Of a stretch of 64,000 nucleotides of DNA, positions 42,179 to 56,066 are shown in pieces. The DNA is from Octopus sinensis (Eukaryota): positions 55,552,001 through 55,616,000 of the forward strand of contig NC_043006.1 in assembly GCF_006345805.1 (NCBI RefSeq), given 5' to 3'. The notes under the pieces were generated by a model. The model was not told where the DNA came from and searched no databases. It worked only from the letters and a program-made list of their open reading frames with translations. The stretch's first letter is position 1. Each line of letters begins with the position of its first letter. A program made the position numbers and the translations under genes.

Positions 42179-42233
<55 letters not shown>

Positions 42234-42244
42234 TTATTCTTTTA

Positions 42245-44270
42245 TTGTTTAACTAGTTTCAGCCAGAGGCTGGGGTCACACTGGAGCACCGCCTTTCAGT
42301 GTTTTGGAGTTTCCTTTCGGTACTGTTTTTGGTGAAGAAGCGAATTGGACGAAGCTGCTCTTCTCTCTGCCTCCTGCCGCGATGTGGGCTCATCTGGATT
42401 TCATTTAGAAATTTCTTCTGGTGCTTCTTGAAGGTTTCCCCATCTACAACATGCAGATCTCTTAGGTTCCTTGGCAGGATGTAAAGCAGTTTTGCTTCCT
42501 TGAAACTCAAGCCGTAACAATACTGGGTCCTTATCTGAGATGAAGAAGACAATATCTTTCGTATTATGCAGTGCCATCCAAATTTGGGAGCTACACCTTC
42601 CAGGCTCTTCCATATGTATATTACTGCATACCTTTCTCGCCTTCTCTCCAAGGAGTAGAGCTTCAGTTCTTCTAGGCTCTCCCAGTAGCTCATCTGTTTC
42701 ACTGAGTCAATCCTCTTTGTGTAGTGGCGCTGGATTGCCTCGAGTTCCGCCAGCAATTTGACGCTCTGCGGCGACCGCAATTGGGAGCAGTAATCCAAAC
42801 GAGTGAGGACAAATGTCCTCCAAAGGAGTATCAAGGTATCCTTATTTCTGGTTCTTGAATGATATAAGGATCCATCCAACTACTCTCCTGCACAGTATTA
42901 CCATCCTGACAATATGCACATGGAATATTGGATCACTACTTATGTACCAATTCTAACTCTGGAATTGCACTGCTCCCTGGTCCTATGTATTCCGATTGTA
43001 GTCTGTGGGCCGATAACGGAGTGTTTGAAACTAATCAGCATTGAACTGCATGCTATTTTCATCATCTCATTTATTTATTGCATGCAGGTCATTTTGCAGC
43101 TTTACTACGTGATCAGGACTCTTGACGGCCTGAGACTCTTTTGTATTATCAGCGTAGCTGGTGAGAGTGACTGACCGTACGACTGACGGTATGCCAGAGA
43201 GAATCACAAACAGAGGTTGTTCCAGTATAGTTCCCTGACGAACTCCACTGCGGATTGATGTCTCCCCAGAGAGATCATCATTGGTTGCGACTGCCTGACT
43301 TCTATCCTTTCTATCCTTTAAAAAGTCGTGCAGCCACTCTCAGTTTTCCAGTGATACCAAGGTCGCGTCGTTTGTATATATCGTCTCATGATCAATTTTA
43401 TCAAAAGCTTTGGCAAAGTCGAAATATATTACATCCACATCTGAGTGGTTGAGCTGTTGTTTCAGTATCCAATCATAATGTTGTAGTAGCTGTCTGAGAC
43501 TGCTCCTCCCTAGGCGAGAAACCATGTTATGTGTTTGTGAGCAAGTTATACTCTTCCAGAAACGTGATCATTCTCCTTCCGACAATGCGTTCCATGATCT
43601 TGCTACCATGTGAATTTAGAGAGACAGACCTGTAATTATTAGTATCTGCTCTGCTTCCTTCTTTATGGACAGGGCATATGATACTCTTTTAACAGTTTGG
43701 GAAGTTCTCCACATGCAAGGGCACTCTGAAAAGTATCTGTAGTGGTTTTGCGAGAGCTTTCTTGCATGTTTTTAGGAGATCAACCGGAAATCTATCCGAA
43801 TCTGTTGTTGAGTTTGAGCTCGTCTCATCAATGGCTGATATTACATCTTCCTCCTTCATATCGATGTAATCGATGGCTGCCTTTTTCCCATGTAGGTCTG
43901 CAGTATTGAAGAACTCTTTAGGCTCGCCTACTTGCTAGTTTCCCAGTAGAGAGGTGAAGACATTCTGGAGTTGCTTATTTAGTACTTCACCTATCTTGTA
44001 TTGCACTGAGGTACACTCTTTCGCGGACTTGTAAAAGGCACGAACTTATAGAATATTTATATTAATATTTTCCACTGCCTTGGTTTCTCTTTCTATCCTT
44101 TCCTATTCATTGAGTAGTCTCATTTTATTTCCGATCTCTAAAAGTTTCTCTTCTAGGAGGGATTTCTCGCTGTCAATGACTTCTCTATTTAAGCGATTAG
44201 AGCTCTTTATTCTCTGTCTCATAAGGACTCTTCTGTTTCTTTTACAAAGAGTAGGGTTTATGTTAATGAA
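42245..44270 (-). mobile_element. CR1-type LINE ORF2 3' half, decayed and internally deleted
   Basis: NYRSVSL, DVIYFDFAKAFDKIDH, TFVLTRLDYCSQL, LEELKLYSLERRRERY; 3' tail ggcggtgctccag...gctgaaactagt abutting (TA)n. Confidence 0.9.
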
Positions 44271-44284
44271 TATTGGGTAATGGC

Positions 44285-44640
44285 TGTAAAAGTATGATTA
44301 CGAATACAAGCGGCCGAAATGGGATTCCTCCGACGGATCTTTGAAGTAACGTTACTCGACAGGGTGTATGGTTCGGAGACGAGGGAGTCTCCTGGACGAG
44401 TTACAGTCCCACTACTATGGGCATCTGGTTAGAATGTCGCAAGACGAATTCTTCAAGCCGAGCCAACCAGCAAGAGAGCTCAGGATAGACAAAGAATGAG
44501 ATGGTTAGATGATATCCATAGCATCAGTTGTTGGGAATCCAGCGGGAAAGTGTAATGGTGGTCTCTTCTGATATGGTCCTATGGAGGAGATACCTGAGGA
44601 CTTCTCACCACCACGAATAGTGAGCAGAAAAGATAGATAG
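44285..44640 (+). mobile_element. RTE-like LINE 3' fragment
   Basis: RIQAAEMGFLRRI..VTLLDRV, YYGHLVRM, R...RQRMRWLDDI. Confidence 0.7.
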
Positions 44641-44764
44641 ATGGAAGGGTGGATTTTATACGTACACATGATCATCTTGATATTTGAATCATCAATTCTG
44701 GAGTATGTACTTGAGTACTGGTATGTGTGAGGATATCTTCAAGAAAAGATTTCATAGGTGCAGG

Positions 44765-45010
44765 CATGACTTTATGGTTAAGAAGCTCGCTTTCCAGCCA
44801 CGTGGTTCAGTTCCACTGGAAATCACTTTGGAGAAGTGTCTTCTCCTAAAAGCCTCAGGCCGACCATTGTCTTGCAAATGGATTTGGTAGACGGAAACTG
44901 TGTGGAAGCTCGTGTCTTTGTGTTTGTCCCACACCACTCGACAAGTGTTAGTTTGTGTACGTCTCCGTAGCTTAGCAAAAGAGGTTAGACATAATAAGTG
45001 TCAAGTAGAA
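44765..45010 (+). mobile_element. SINE family B
   Basis: tggttaagaagctcgctttcc head, gatttggtagacggaaactg, tgtttgtccc. Confidence 0.8.
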
Positions 45011-47779
45011 GAAACAATAAGTAACTTTTCAAGCGATTCCTTTTTTTCTCGGGCAACCGAATACTCTAATATCCTCATCTATGATTTTGTATTTCTTGAG
45101 ATGTGTATTGTTGTAGAGAATATTTATTGCTTCGGTATGTTTCATGCCGTTATTAGTTTTCATTACTGGCTATTGTCTTTCAAGTAATATTCTCATTGAT
45201 TCTGAAAGACGTTTATCTCTAGTTTTAAAATTTGATACATGCTTGCAGGTTCTTCTTACCAGAAGAACAAGAATCAATCAAGTAAAAAAAAAAAAAATCA
45301 ACTTCCTTGTACTGCTAACTCCCGAAATACGAAAAATAGAAGAGAAAATTGTGTGAGCAAAAGTGTATTGAAATTATAGATTCTTATTACACGTCAATGC
45401 TATAGCCATTAGACACGACATCACTAAGTGAAATGTATGAGTAATGGACAAAATAAAGTATAGAAGTGAGAAAATAAAAATAACACCAAACGCCATAGCG
45501 AACATACGGAACTATATAATAAAAAATTGTAAAAGAATAAGTTTATATTTAAACAACAAATCAATGTAGTTAAACCACATATCAATGAAAATATGCCACA
45601 ACGGAATGCAGTACAAGCAAAATATATGACTCGGCTAAAGAAAGAAGACGATATTAGAGAAAGGACCTTACATACGGTAAATAATCTCTCAAAAGCAATG
45701 AAAATGCCACTGAATCCACTACAAACGAAACACAGGGACATTACAGCAACACAAAGGCTAAGTATAGAAGGAAAAGAAGTAAAATCTAAATGTTGATAGA
45801 GATGAAAGAAGTCCTCATAGACGTATTCAACAAAATATATAGTCACCACACATAGTAAGGTGGTTATATATTCGACAAAACACAGAATAAAACAACGCGT
45901 CACAAAAGAACATCCAGATTTATTGTATGCTACTTGTGATCCTTTCCAAATATTCTATGATCAGAGTGAGAAACAAATTCTTTTATGTTACTGAAAGAAT
46001 TGTAAACCATTTTCTTCATCCTTGAAGTATAGTTGACATTGTAGTCAGCCGTCACAAGCGAGCATGTCTTGGCTACACTTTTTAGATGCTCATATAGTCG
46101 TGAAATTCGATATCCTCTCTATCCGTTCACACTTCATCAAGGGGCACATCTAGGATGTGACAGTGGGCTGTACCACTACGCAGATGAATTCACTTACAAC
46201 TGAGTTGACTGGAGTGACGCTAAATGAAAGACTTTGTTCACGGGCACAACTCGCTACCTTATGATCGCGAGGTGCATAACCATGAAGTATAAATTAATCG
46301 ATTAGTAATTGCCCTTTAGTCTCCTCTGCACTTTCTGGATGTATTTATTCTCTGAAGATATATCTAGATATCTATAGATATGGTTTGTGAATAACTACAT
46401 CAATAAAACAGCGTGAATTCTTCTTTGGGACCTAATAAAGTCCTCTGTGTCCCCAGATTGTAATGTTGGTTCTCTTCTACAATCATTAAGTGGTTTTGCA
46501 TTTGGAAAAGTTTCATTTATTAAAGAAATATCTTTGTAAGCTATCAAAACGGCTTTATAATTTTGATGCTCATTATTGAAATTTCTATCTTCACAATATT
46601 TGTTTGACTTTTGTTCCCACGTTTGTATTATACTGCAACATTTCGGTACTTTTATTATGTCCCCCTTGGCTCCAGTGAAACTTATTTTTTGCTGATTTTT
46701 ATCCTTCATATTTTTAGCAATTTTCTCCTCAATGAAATTGTCAGTAAAATACGAAAACTTCTAATGTGAGGCAAATTTGATTTAAATTTCATTAATTAAG
46801 AATTTTAATCTTAACTTCATTAATTAAAGGATTTCAATAATTTTATTTCATTCCATGCTTGATCGTATTCTTGATCTAGCTCCTCCTACCACAAATATAT
46901 TATTTATTTTGGTTTATACTTTTGCTTTTAAAGGAAACGTCACGTCAAAATCACAACGAATACTTTGAGATATTTCACTATTAATTTACATGCAGAATTT
47001 AAAATCTTAGTAAAAATTTTCTTTTTCGTTTCATCCTTGCAGTCTATAAAATAAGTCTCATCCTGACTGTCTCGGACAAGTGTTAGTTTTATATGTAATA
47101 CATTTTAGTCCACAGAAATAGGAGGTAAAGCCCTCAGAGCAATTTGATAAAGAGATACTGTGATGATAAACCGAAGCACTGGAGGCTGGGAAACTTAAAA
47201 TACTTCTGCGTCAACCGTGAAAATATGTTAAATATCGATAACAATAGCGATGCCCTGAGATGCTAAAGTGTATCCCTTTCAAGTATTTTCAGATGCAGCA
47301 GTTCAAATATAGTTGAACGTTAATTTTATGCTAATTTACAGTAAAACTATGATGAATGTTGAGGACGAAGAAAATACCGAGATTGGCTTCAAACAAAATA
47401 ATTTAATTTGATAGAAGGAAGAATTTATGATAAAGCTAAGGCAATTCAAAAATATTGATGAGCAGTAGATATTGCAACTGAAATAATGAAGAAAATATCA
47501 ATGTGTAAGTAAAACGAATTTTAATAATTACACATTATGAGGAAACAAAAGGAACAAAAAGCTCAACCGTCACTACCACAACCAGCACAACAATGCAATA
47601 ATGAAATATGATTAACTTTCAGTTAAGGGAGAAATAAAGAAGATATTCCGAAAGACCCAACTAAAAGGGTAAGTGGCAAGGATTAGGATAAATGAGAAAT
47701 AAAAGTATTAACAAATTGACGCAATGTGAGAGATTGATTTAAATATTGAAATATGGAGACAATTTTTTAAACTAACCTC

Positions 47780-48245
47780 AGTACATGGTTGGTATCTATT
47801 TTATCGACGCTGGAAGGATAAAAGGTTAAGTCACCTCGGTGTGGTGTGAGTTTAGAATGTAAGTTATTAAATATCAATAATCGTTAATTATATCTGACAC
47901 TCTAGCAATCTTGTTGCCCATCACGACAATAATGGTATCAAATTTTATCACAAGGCCAACAACACTGAGGACAGGGGTCAAGTAAATTACATCCAATCAG
48001 TACTTGACTGATACTTCCTTTTATCAACCCTGAAAAGACGAAAAGACCTCACATACTGTGGCAGGATTTTGAGCTCAGAACATAAAGATATGTGGTAGAG
48101 GGTCAGTCGATTACATCTCCGTTGTGCTCAGCTGATACTTATGCTATCGACCCGAAAGGATGAAAGGCAAAGTTGACCCTTGCTGTGAGATCAGAACTCA
48201 AAGAGCTGAGAAAAATGACGCGTTAACGATTCTGCCAGTTCATTA
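47780..48245 (-). mobile_element. Cluster of decayed family-A SINEs
   Basis: Repeated reverse-complement motifs (gatgaaaggcaaagttgacc, aacgattctgccag). Confidence 0.7.
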
Positions 48246-48913
48246 CCTTCCACCACAACACAAATAATAAATATTTCTAATGTAGACACAAGGTCAAACT
48301 TTTGTGGGAAGATCTGTGGCACTTAATCTCCTCCATTACATGACCGCTACATGTCTTGTACACTCCTATAAATATAAGAGGCAAAGTCGAATATATAAAA
48401 ATACCCCGACGAAATACTGCAGGGAATTTTGTCGGATTCTGCCTTCCATTGCTTTAGCCAATAATAAAATTGATATTCAACATATGAATGAAGTAACAAA
48501 TTTTAGAAAAGATCAAGTCGAATAAATTTATTCTAATCCTTAATCAGGACTTCGGCTCTTACTTTTTTGACGTCAGAAGAATGCATTACGAAGTAAACCT
48601 TGGAGACATTTGAAATCTGAAATCAAAACACCAAGAGACTTAATCGGAAGATATTTTGTCTTTTAGTTTATTGAACCCCCTCTTGAGTAACAATCAAGCA
48701 GCATAGGGCGAACAGTTATATAAACAGTGCTATAAATACGCTGGAATGGTAAGAATCGTCAGAACGTAGGACAAAATGTCCTGCAGTTACGGCCCTTTAC
48801 ATTGGGAGTACAAATCCCGAGTACAAATATGTTTTTCATTCTTCAATATAATCAAATTTCCCCTCCCTATAGGTTCCTGACATTGTGTCTATATTACAAA
48901 TCAATATTATTAT

Positions 48914-49062
48914 AAGGTGGGCGAGCTGGCAGTATCGCATGCCAGACAAAAAATGCGCGGCGGCATTTCATCCCTTTTTACGTTCTGAGTTCAAATTCCG
49001 CCGTGGTTGACTTTGCCTTTCATCATTTTGGGGTCGTTGAGCACTGGGACTGAGGTCGGTAC
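48914..49062 (+). mobile_element. Family-A SINE 5' part, interrupted by the inverted duplication
   Basis: ggcgagctggcag...gagttcaaattccgccg...tttgcctttcatc, stopping at ctgaggtcggtac. Confidence 0.8.
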
Positions 49063-49734
49063 AATAGAGTTATCGATCCCAGTATTGGATTGTAAATTAT
49101 TTTGTCGACCACCAAGGGATTAAAAGCAAAGTTGGTGTAGGTGGGATTTGAACTAAAAAGGTGATGAGCCAGAAGAGATACAACAAAGCATTTTTCCGAA
49201 GATCTAATTGCTTCCAGCTCGATACCCTAAAACTGTGCTTAGAAAATGAAAACAAGTAAATTACATTGTTCTCAGCTGATAGAATGTACGAAAATCTATT
49301 ACCATCAACTGAAAGGGATTTCTAGCAAGGGATTTAAAATAAACATTCAATTATAAACGTTTCAATTCTTGTCAAGTTAAATGGATAATTCGTTGTTCCA
49401 TCGGAATTATTCATGCTGATTTAGTTCGAAGAAAAACTAGAATGAAGATTACCTACAGAGAATGAAAAGAGTTGCAGTAGAATTTGTGCCTCGCTTGCTC
49501 CAGGAAGATCAAAAGCAGTCACGACTGAAGGCATGTCCTGAACTGAAAGAACAGTTGGAAGTTGATCTGGACCTTTTTTCGAAGGTCATTACTGGTGACG
49601 AAAGCTGGTGCTACGGAATTTGCAGATGTAGAAGAGATGAAGGAAAGAACAACGGAGACATTAAAAGACATCACTTCACAAAAGTTCCAGTTCAATAATA
49701 TTGCAAAATTCCGGTTTCATTTAGGTTCCTCCGC

Positions 49735-49784
<50 letters not shown>

Positions 49785-51383
49785 TGGCGATAATAAATTT
49801 AAGACCGATGATAACCCTATTAACCTCCTTCCCCAAAGTTGCTGACCTTGTGCCAGATTATGAAACCAATATTATCATAAGGTCAGTATGTAGATTTGAA
49901 TGATGGAAGCGTCAGCCAAGATCCAGCCCTTTTTGTTCAAATCGTACCGAGGTCAATTTTAACTTTTATCATACCAGAGTCGATAAAATAACTAAGAATC
50001 ATTTATTGGAATGGAATGAATTCACAAGCTACTCAGGTGACATTTGAAACCTTGTATCTATGTTAGAAATCAATTTTGATGTTGCTATTGTTGTTATTAC
50101 TACTATTCATATATTATTCATATGTTGGGAGATCTGCATCGTTCGATCATGAGGATTCAGTTATTCGATCAACTGAATTACCAATTCCTGAATTAATATA
50201 TAAGTGGCTTGGCATTCTATGTAATCATGGCATTCTGATGTAATTGGCGATGCAATCCCTAAAGAATTTCAGACTTCATGCCTAGAGTAGGAAAAATTAT
50301 TATGAAAATTGTGGGCCTTTTGTCAATGGAATAAACATCAAGGGCAGTTCAATGTCAGAAACACGAATCACAGAAAATTACCTTGCAGTGTTTAGTTCCG
50401 TCTTTTTCCTCGTTCAATTTCCACTTCGATCGATTAAATAAGTTTTAGTGAAGTAGTGCAGTAAGTCTGTTCAAGCAAATCTCTCTTTTGCAATTTGCAG
50501 TTTTCTCACTGTCAAAGTTTTGGAATGGCAAATCAGCGATTCAAATGGATTATCGTTCAATTTCCTCTTATATTCCGCTCTTGGTCGCTAAATTAAACAC
50601 CAGACTGTAATAAATACAATTGCATATATTGTTTCTCTATAAACATAGTAAATAAATATATGCGTGACAGATTGGGCAAGTGACTTCTACTACAGTGAAT
50701 TGAATTTGGTTGATGGAAACTCCACAGGAGCCCGCTGCACCTGCACACACTCCCACACATCCATAGAAGTTCTTTGATTTAGAAGTCGTTGAATTGAAAG
50801 GTTTAATTAATCAAATCAACTCCAGTTCTTATTTCACGTCAAGCACTTATTCTAACGGTCTAATCACTAAATTACTGTGGAAACACACAGACACACAGAC
50901 ACACACAGACATACAAACACACACAGACACAGACACACACACACACACGCACGAACACAGATTTACATACCAGGACGGATCAATTTCGCTCCCACTTAGC
51001 AAATTCTCAAATACGCTCACAAGGCATTAGGTAGTCTGGAGCTATAGTTAAAGATCTGGACGTTGTTTTCCCATTATTAATCAAATGTGTAATAACGTTA
51101 AATTACAACATTATTCAGTGCAGTTAGGCTAGTTGTGTGACCACCAATTTTGGCAAAAAAATTTGTATACATATTACATGGTCTTAAACTAATTTTGCCG
51201 GTAAATTTGAAACGTTTATATTAATTTAGTATTAGAATTCTTCAAGTTATTGTCTGCATCATTCAAAAGAGAAATAAATTCTACATAAGGTGTAAAAGAT
51301 AGAAATAATTCGTATGGTGTTTGTAACAAAATATTTTGTATGAAATAGAACTTTTATCATCGGTCTTAAATTTATTATCCCCA

Positions 51384-51439
<56 letters not shown>

Positions 51440-52200
51440 GCGGAGGAACCTAAATAAAACCGGAATTTTGCAATATTATTTTAGTTTTACATGTTTACAC
51501 TTATATCGCCTTCAAAGTAATCTACATTTGAAGCAATACATCTGTTCAGAGGCATTTTCTACTGTTCCAAGCGGTGCTGGAACTTTTGTGAAGTGATGTC
51601 TTTTAATGTCTCCGTTGTTCTTTCCTTCATCTCTTCTACATCTGCAAATTCCGTAGCACCAGCTTTCATCACCAGTAATGACCTTCGAAAAAAGGTCCAG
51701 ATCAACTTCCAACTGTTCTTTCAGTTCAGGACATGCCTTCAGTCGTGACTGCTTTTGATCTTCCTGGAGCAAGCGAGGCACAAATTCTACTGCAACTCTT
51801 TTCATTCTCTGTAGGTAATCTTCATTCTAGTTTTTCTTCGAACTAAATCAGCATGAATAATTCCGATGGAACAACAAATTATCCATTTAACTTGATAAGA
51901 ATTAAAACGTTAATATTTGAATATTTATTTTAAATCCCTTGCTAGAAATCCTTTTCAGTTGATGGTAATAGATTTTCGTACATTCTATCAGCTGAGAACG
52001 ATGTAATTTACTTTTCATTTTCTAAGCGCAGTTTTAGGGTATCGAGCTGGAAGCAATAAGATCTTCGGAAAAATGCTTTGTTGTATCTCTTCTGGCTCAT
52101 CACCTTTTTGTTCAAATCCCACCTACACCAACTTTGCTTTTAATCCCTTGGTGGTCGACAAAATAATTTACAATCCAATACTGGGGTCGATAACTCTATT
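49063..52200. repeat. Inverted segmental duplication: 49063-49814 and 51354-52200
   Basis: Arms are highly similar reverse complements; the left arm lacks ~100 bp present at about 51481-51578. The ORF track shows the same 76-aa peptide on both strands. Confidence 0.92.
51437..51805 (-). mobile_element. Internally deleted mariner relic (mirror copy at 49462-49737, +)
   Basis: MKRVAVEFVPRLLQEDQKQSR..C.EL..FSKVITGDESWCYG (WVPREL-like and first catalytic Asp motifs); TIR tacgcggaggaacctaaataaaaccggaattt abutting (TA)n. Confidence 0.85.
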
Positions 52201-52269
52201 AACCTCCTCCCTCCCCCACATTGCTGGTCTTGTGCCCAACTCAAACACCGTTATTTATGCATAACATAG

Positions 52270-52650
52270 GATGTAGGAGTGGCAATATTGGTAGGGTAGT
52301 CTTAATCTTGCACGTTCTGAGTTCAAATCCTGTTACAATTATCTTTGTTTTTATTCCATTCCATCGCTAAAATAAGTATCAGCTGATCACTAGAAGTCGA
52401 TGTAATCAACTTAACTTCTCCCCACAAACTTTCAGTCTTATGCCAAAATTTGAAACCAATATTAATAATAAATGCGATGTTCTGGCGAAATCGTGAGGTC
52501 ATATTTTACGTTCTGAGTTCAAATACTGCTGAGGTAAATTTTTGTATTTCATCCTGTCAGGTCGATAAAATAAGTTTTAGGGCCGGGGTCGATACAGTCG
52601 ACTAACTTCTTTCAAATTGCTTGCCTTGTGCCAAAATTAGAAAGAGTATA
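52270..52650 (+). mobile_element. Two decayed family-A SINEs
   Basis: acgttctgagttcaaat, gtcgataaaataag and ccttgtgccaaaatt motifs. Confidence 0.7.
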
Positions 52651-52901
52651 TTACTAATTAAATGGCTTTTCCTCGCGGCATGAGTATTTTCTAATCAGTT
52701 GAAAGCTGCTACATGGAGTATGTTGATATTACCATCTTTCAATGCGTTTGTGCAGACTATCATTGCATTTATAGTCTAGAATTTTGAAGACGTTATTGCG
52801 AGCTAATGGAGGACGTTTACCGTTTGAAAATTGATATCAGCAGGTATTTGATATTATCATCCGTTTCGTGATGCCGAACACTGTTACTGCCAAGTCTTTT
52901 G

Positions 52902-52995
<94 letters not shown>

Positions 52996-53850
52996 CCCAA
53001 TATTTCTTTGTAATCATTTCAATCATCATCATCAGCATTTCGTCTTTGTCTTAGACAATTTTATCTAATCAACATATTTCCGTTTAATGAGTTTCATATT
53101 TTGTTAGATTTCTTATTTGTTTATGAAATTTGTTGACGATGATCAAAAGTCAACTGATATTGTCAAAGTTTGTTTCTTAAAATATTATTTTCCATATATT
53201 CTACAGCTAGATGATTTTATTACAACACATTCGATGTTGAAGTCACCAATTTCAAAGCTTTGATTTAATTTTAGAGAATTATCAGACTGCATATTTCGCA
53301 ATGTCTAGGAAATATTTTTCTGTTAGATGTAATCTTAGGATTATTGTACGAGAGAAATTCATATTTTAGTCCGTTATGTTTGCTCATGGAAATCAATATC
53401 GGTATCCGGTTCGTTTTACACATTCTGTTTCATGTAGAATTATTTATTTTCCCGTTATTGTATGGCTTTGAAGTTCTTATTGATTTTGTTATGTTTTTAG
53501 TGACGCCAAGATGTTTTTCTCTATTACGTGTCAGTACAGATTAATTATTTCGTTTTGTTTGCCACTTGTTTTTCTATTTTGTTTAGATACATCACAGACC
53601 CCTCGTTTACTTTGACTGTCGTTTTAGGGTCAACCAAGGACATACTAATTTCTTTTGATTGGGCATAACAAATTTTGTAAGAAATTCTATATATCTTCGT
53701 AGTATATTTTATTTAACAATTCATGAATCAGGAGAACTAGAGTTGAACCACATGAGATTTGGACTCAACAAGGTGTGGTATAGATCTAGACATCCTTTCT
53801 CCTACTTTGATTATTTGCTTAAATTATTGACAATGGCTTAAACCGCATCC

Positions 53851-54055
53851 AAGGCGGCGAGCTGGTAGAGTCGTTAGCACGCCGGCGGAAATGCTTGGCG
53901 GCATTTTGTCCATCTGTACGTTTTAAGTTCAAATTTCGCCGAGGCCAAATTTGTCTTTGATCCTTCGGGGTCGATTAAATGAGTACCAGTTGAGCATTGG
54001 AGTTGACATATAGCATCTCCCAAAATTGCTGGCCTTGTTCCAAAATTCGAAGCCA
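53851..54055 (+). mobile_element. tRNA-derived SINE, family A
   Basis: aaggcggcgagctggtagagtcgttagcacgcc...ggccttgttccaaaattcgaagcc. Confidence 0.88.
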
Positions 54056-55618
54056 TTATACCAGCCTCTCCTGGAACAACTGCAACAACAATATTCGCAT
54101 CTTATGTCCATAACATATTGGATCATTGGAGTATTCTCGAATATTTCATTTTTTGATATATATACTCTTTCTGTTTGGCGTAACTCATCCCATTTTAAGC
54201 TTTACACAGATAAGGAGTTCAAGCTCTTTATTCAAGCTAACGAAAGATGTTTCAGCCTGATAGTCTTACTACTCCTTACGAGGCGCGCTGTATCTCTCGT
54301 GTATACATACGGTGAGGCAGACTATTAAGAGGTACATGATATAGCTATGAACACATATTTAGTTCTTTATTTGAAGGCTTTGCTCGTTTTTGACACGGCT
54401 ATCTGAAAATCTCATATATAATTTGTTTGTTTTAGAATTATAAATGAGTATAGAGGCTAAGCGAAATATTTACAAAAATATTAGCCATATAAAAGAATAA
54501 TACGTAAATATATTTCATGAGCCACATAACAAATACCTCTTTCTTACAATTACTTTGTCACTCTTTCTCTCTTTTATGCGTCGGTATTTTTATAGAAGCT
54601 AGGAGAAACACTGCTCTAGGCTAGTTTTCTAGCTTGTGCATTACATTCATATACATATATTGTATTGAAAATGTTAAAGTTTCACAAAGTAAATTTATAT
54701 TAGTTTTAAATTTTGGCACAAAGCCAGCCGAGTGAATTTATGTTAAAAAGAAAATGCATGACGGATGAGGAAAGTATTTCTCTGAACAGATGTATTCTTT
54801 TGTTGTCTTACTGTTTGACATTTTATCGTTTATCTATTTCATTTGAATTTGGAATAGTTTTGGGGTTGAAATTATTATTATTATTGTTGTAATATTATTA
54901 TTTATTTATAGTTTCTTGATAGTTACTTTTTACGTTCGATATTAGATATGATATCTTTTAATTTTTATATAAGAATTTAACGTTTTACGTAATATTTGAT
55001 TTGAGAATTAGTTTCGTTAGACTATATATTTTTAATAATTAGATAATATTTTTATTAAGTAGTATTACATTTAAGTAAACTAATTTTTATTTTAATATCA
55101 ATTTTATGTTTAACTTTATTATCGTGTGAAATATTAAATCTATAAATATTATACATAGATATTAATAATATAATTAGTTTAAATAATGGATTTGTGTATA
55201 TTTGAACTATTTCCAATTTTTGATTGTATTATTCATGACTAGTAATAGCACTGGGTACATTAATTAGACGCTGAAACATATCAATACATTTAAAATCCAG
55301 ATAGATTAATTTAATCGTTGAACATAGTAACATAGTTTGTTTATCAATATTATTTGGATCTTGTTATTTTGACTTTGAGCGTTGTTATTATTATCATTGT
55401 TATTGACTGGATATGCAGTGGACTGGTGATTGTGATGGAAAATCTTCATAGTGTATTGTTCATTAGTTCTAATATTTTTGCACCTTTCTTTAATTCGGGG
55501 GCTGAAATGTTTCTTACTTTCCATTATCAAATAAATCTCGCAATTATATCATTTTTATATATATTGATAGATATAAGTTACGATAGATATTAATTCTTGT
55601 ATCTATTTATTTATATTA

Positions 55619-55688
<70 letters not shown>

Positions 55689-56035
55689 GCATCTAACGTA
55701 TTACATTTAATTTAATTTGAGATTTAATTTTGTTAGACAATATATTATTTAATTATTAGGTGGTATATTTATTATGTAGTATTAAATTTTAAGATAATTT
55801 GGTATTATGTTAATTGATATTTAGATATTATAGATTGATATATTAAATCTATAGATAATACACATGTATATTAATTATATAGTTAGCTTATTTAATGAGT
55901 TTGTCTATATTTGAACCATTTCTTCTTTTGATTACAATTTAATGACTTGTACAAGTATTGTGCATATTAATTAATTTTAAAGTATTAATAATTTAATTGT
56001 TGTTTTAGTTTTCACTTAATGTATATTTAGCATTT

Positions 56036-56066
<31 letters not shown>

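Noticed and set aside
45424-45903. 159-aa hydrophobic minus-strand ORF that looks like a membrane protein
   Set aside because: Hydrophobicity follows from the T-rich complement of an A-rich stretch, possibly a LINE linker remnant; no GPCR motifs, and it is on the wrong strand for the exon at 40497.
46395-46760. 104-124-aa minus-strand open frame (MKDKNQQKISFTG...)
   Set aside because: Not low-complexity, but I recognise no domain or partner exons; cannot support it as a gene without a database search.
47340-47512. Exon-like purine-rich stretch ending in GTAAGT
   Set aside because: Stops in the plausible frames, and it does not continue the GPCR (no Asn/TM2 sequence).
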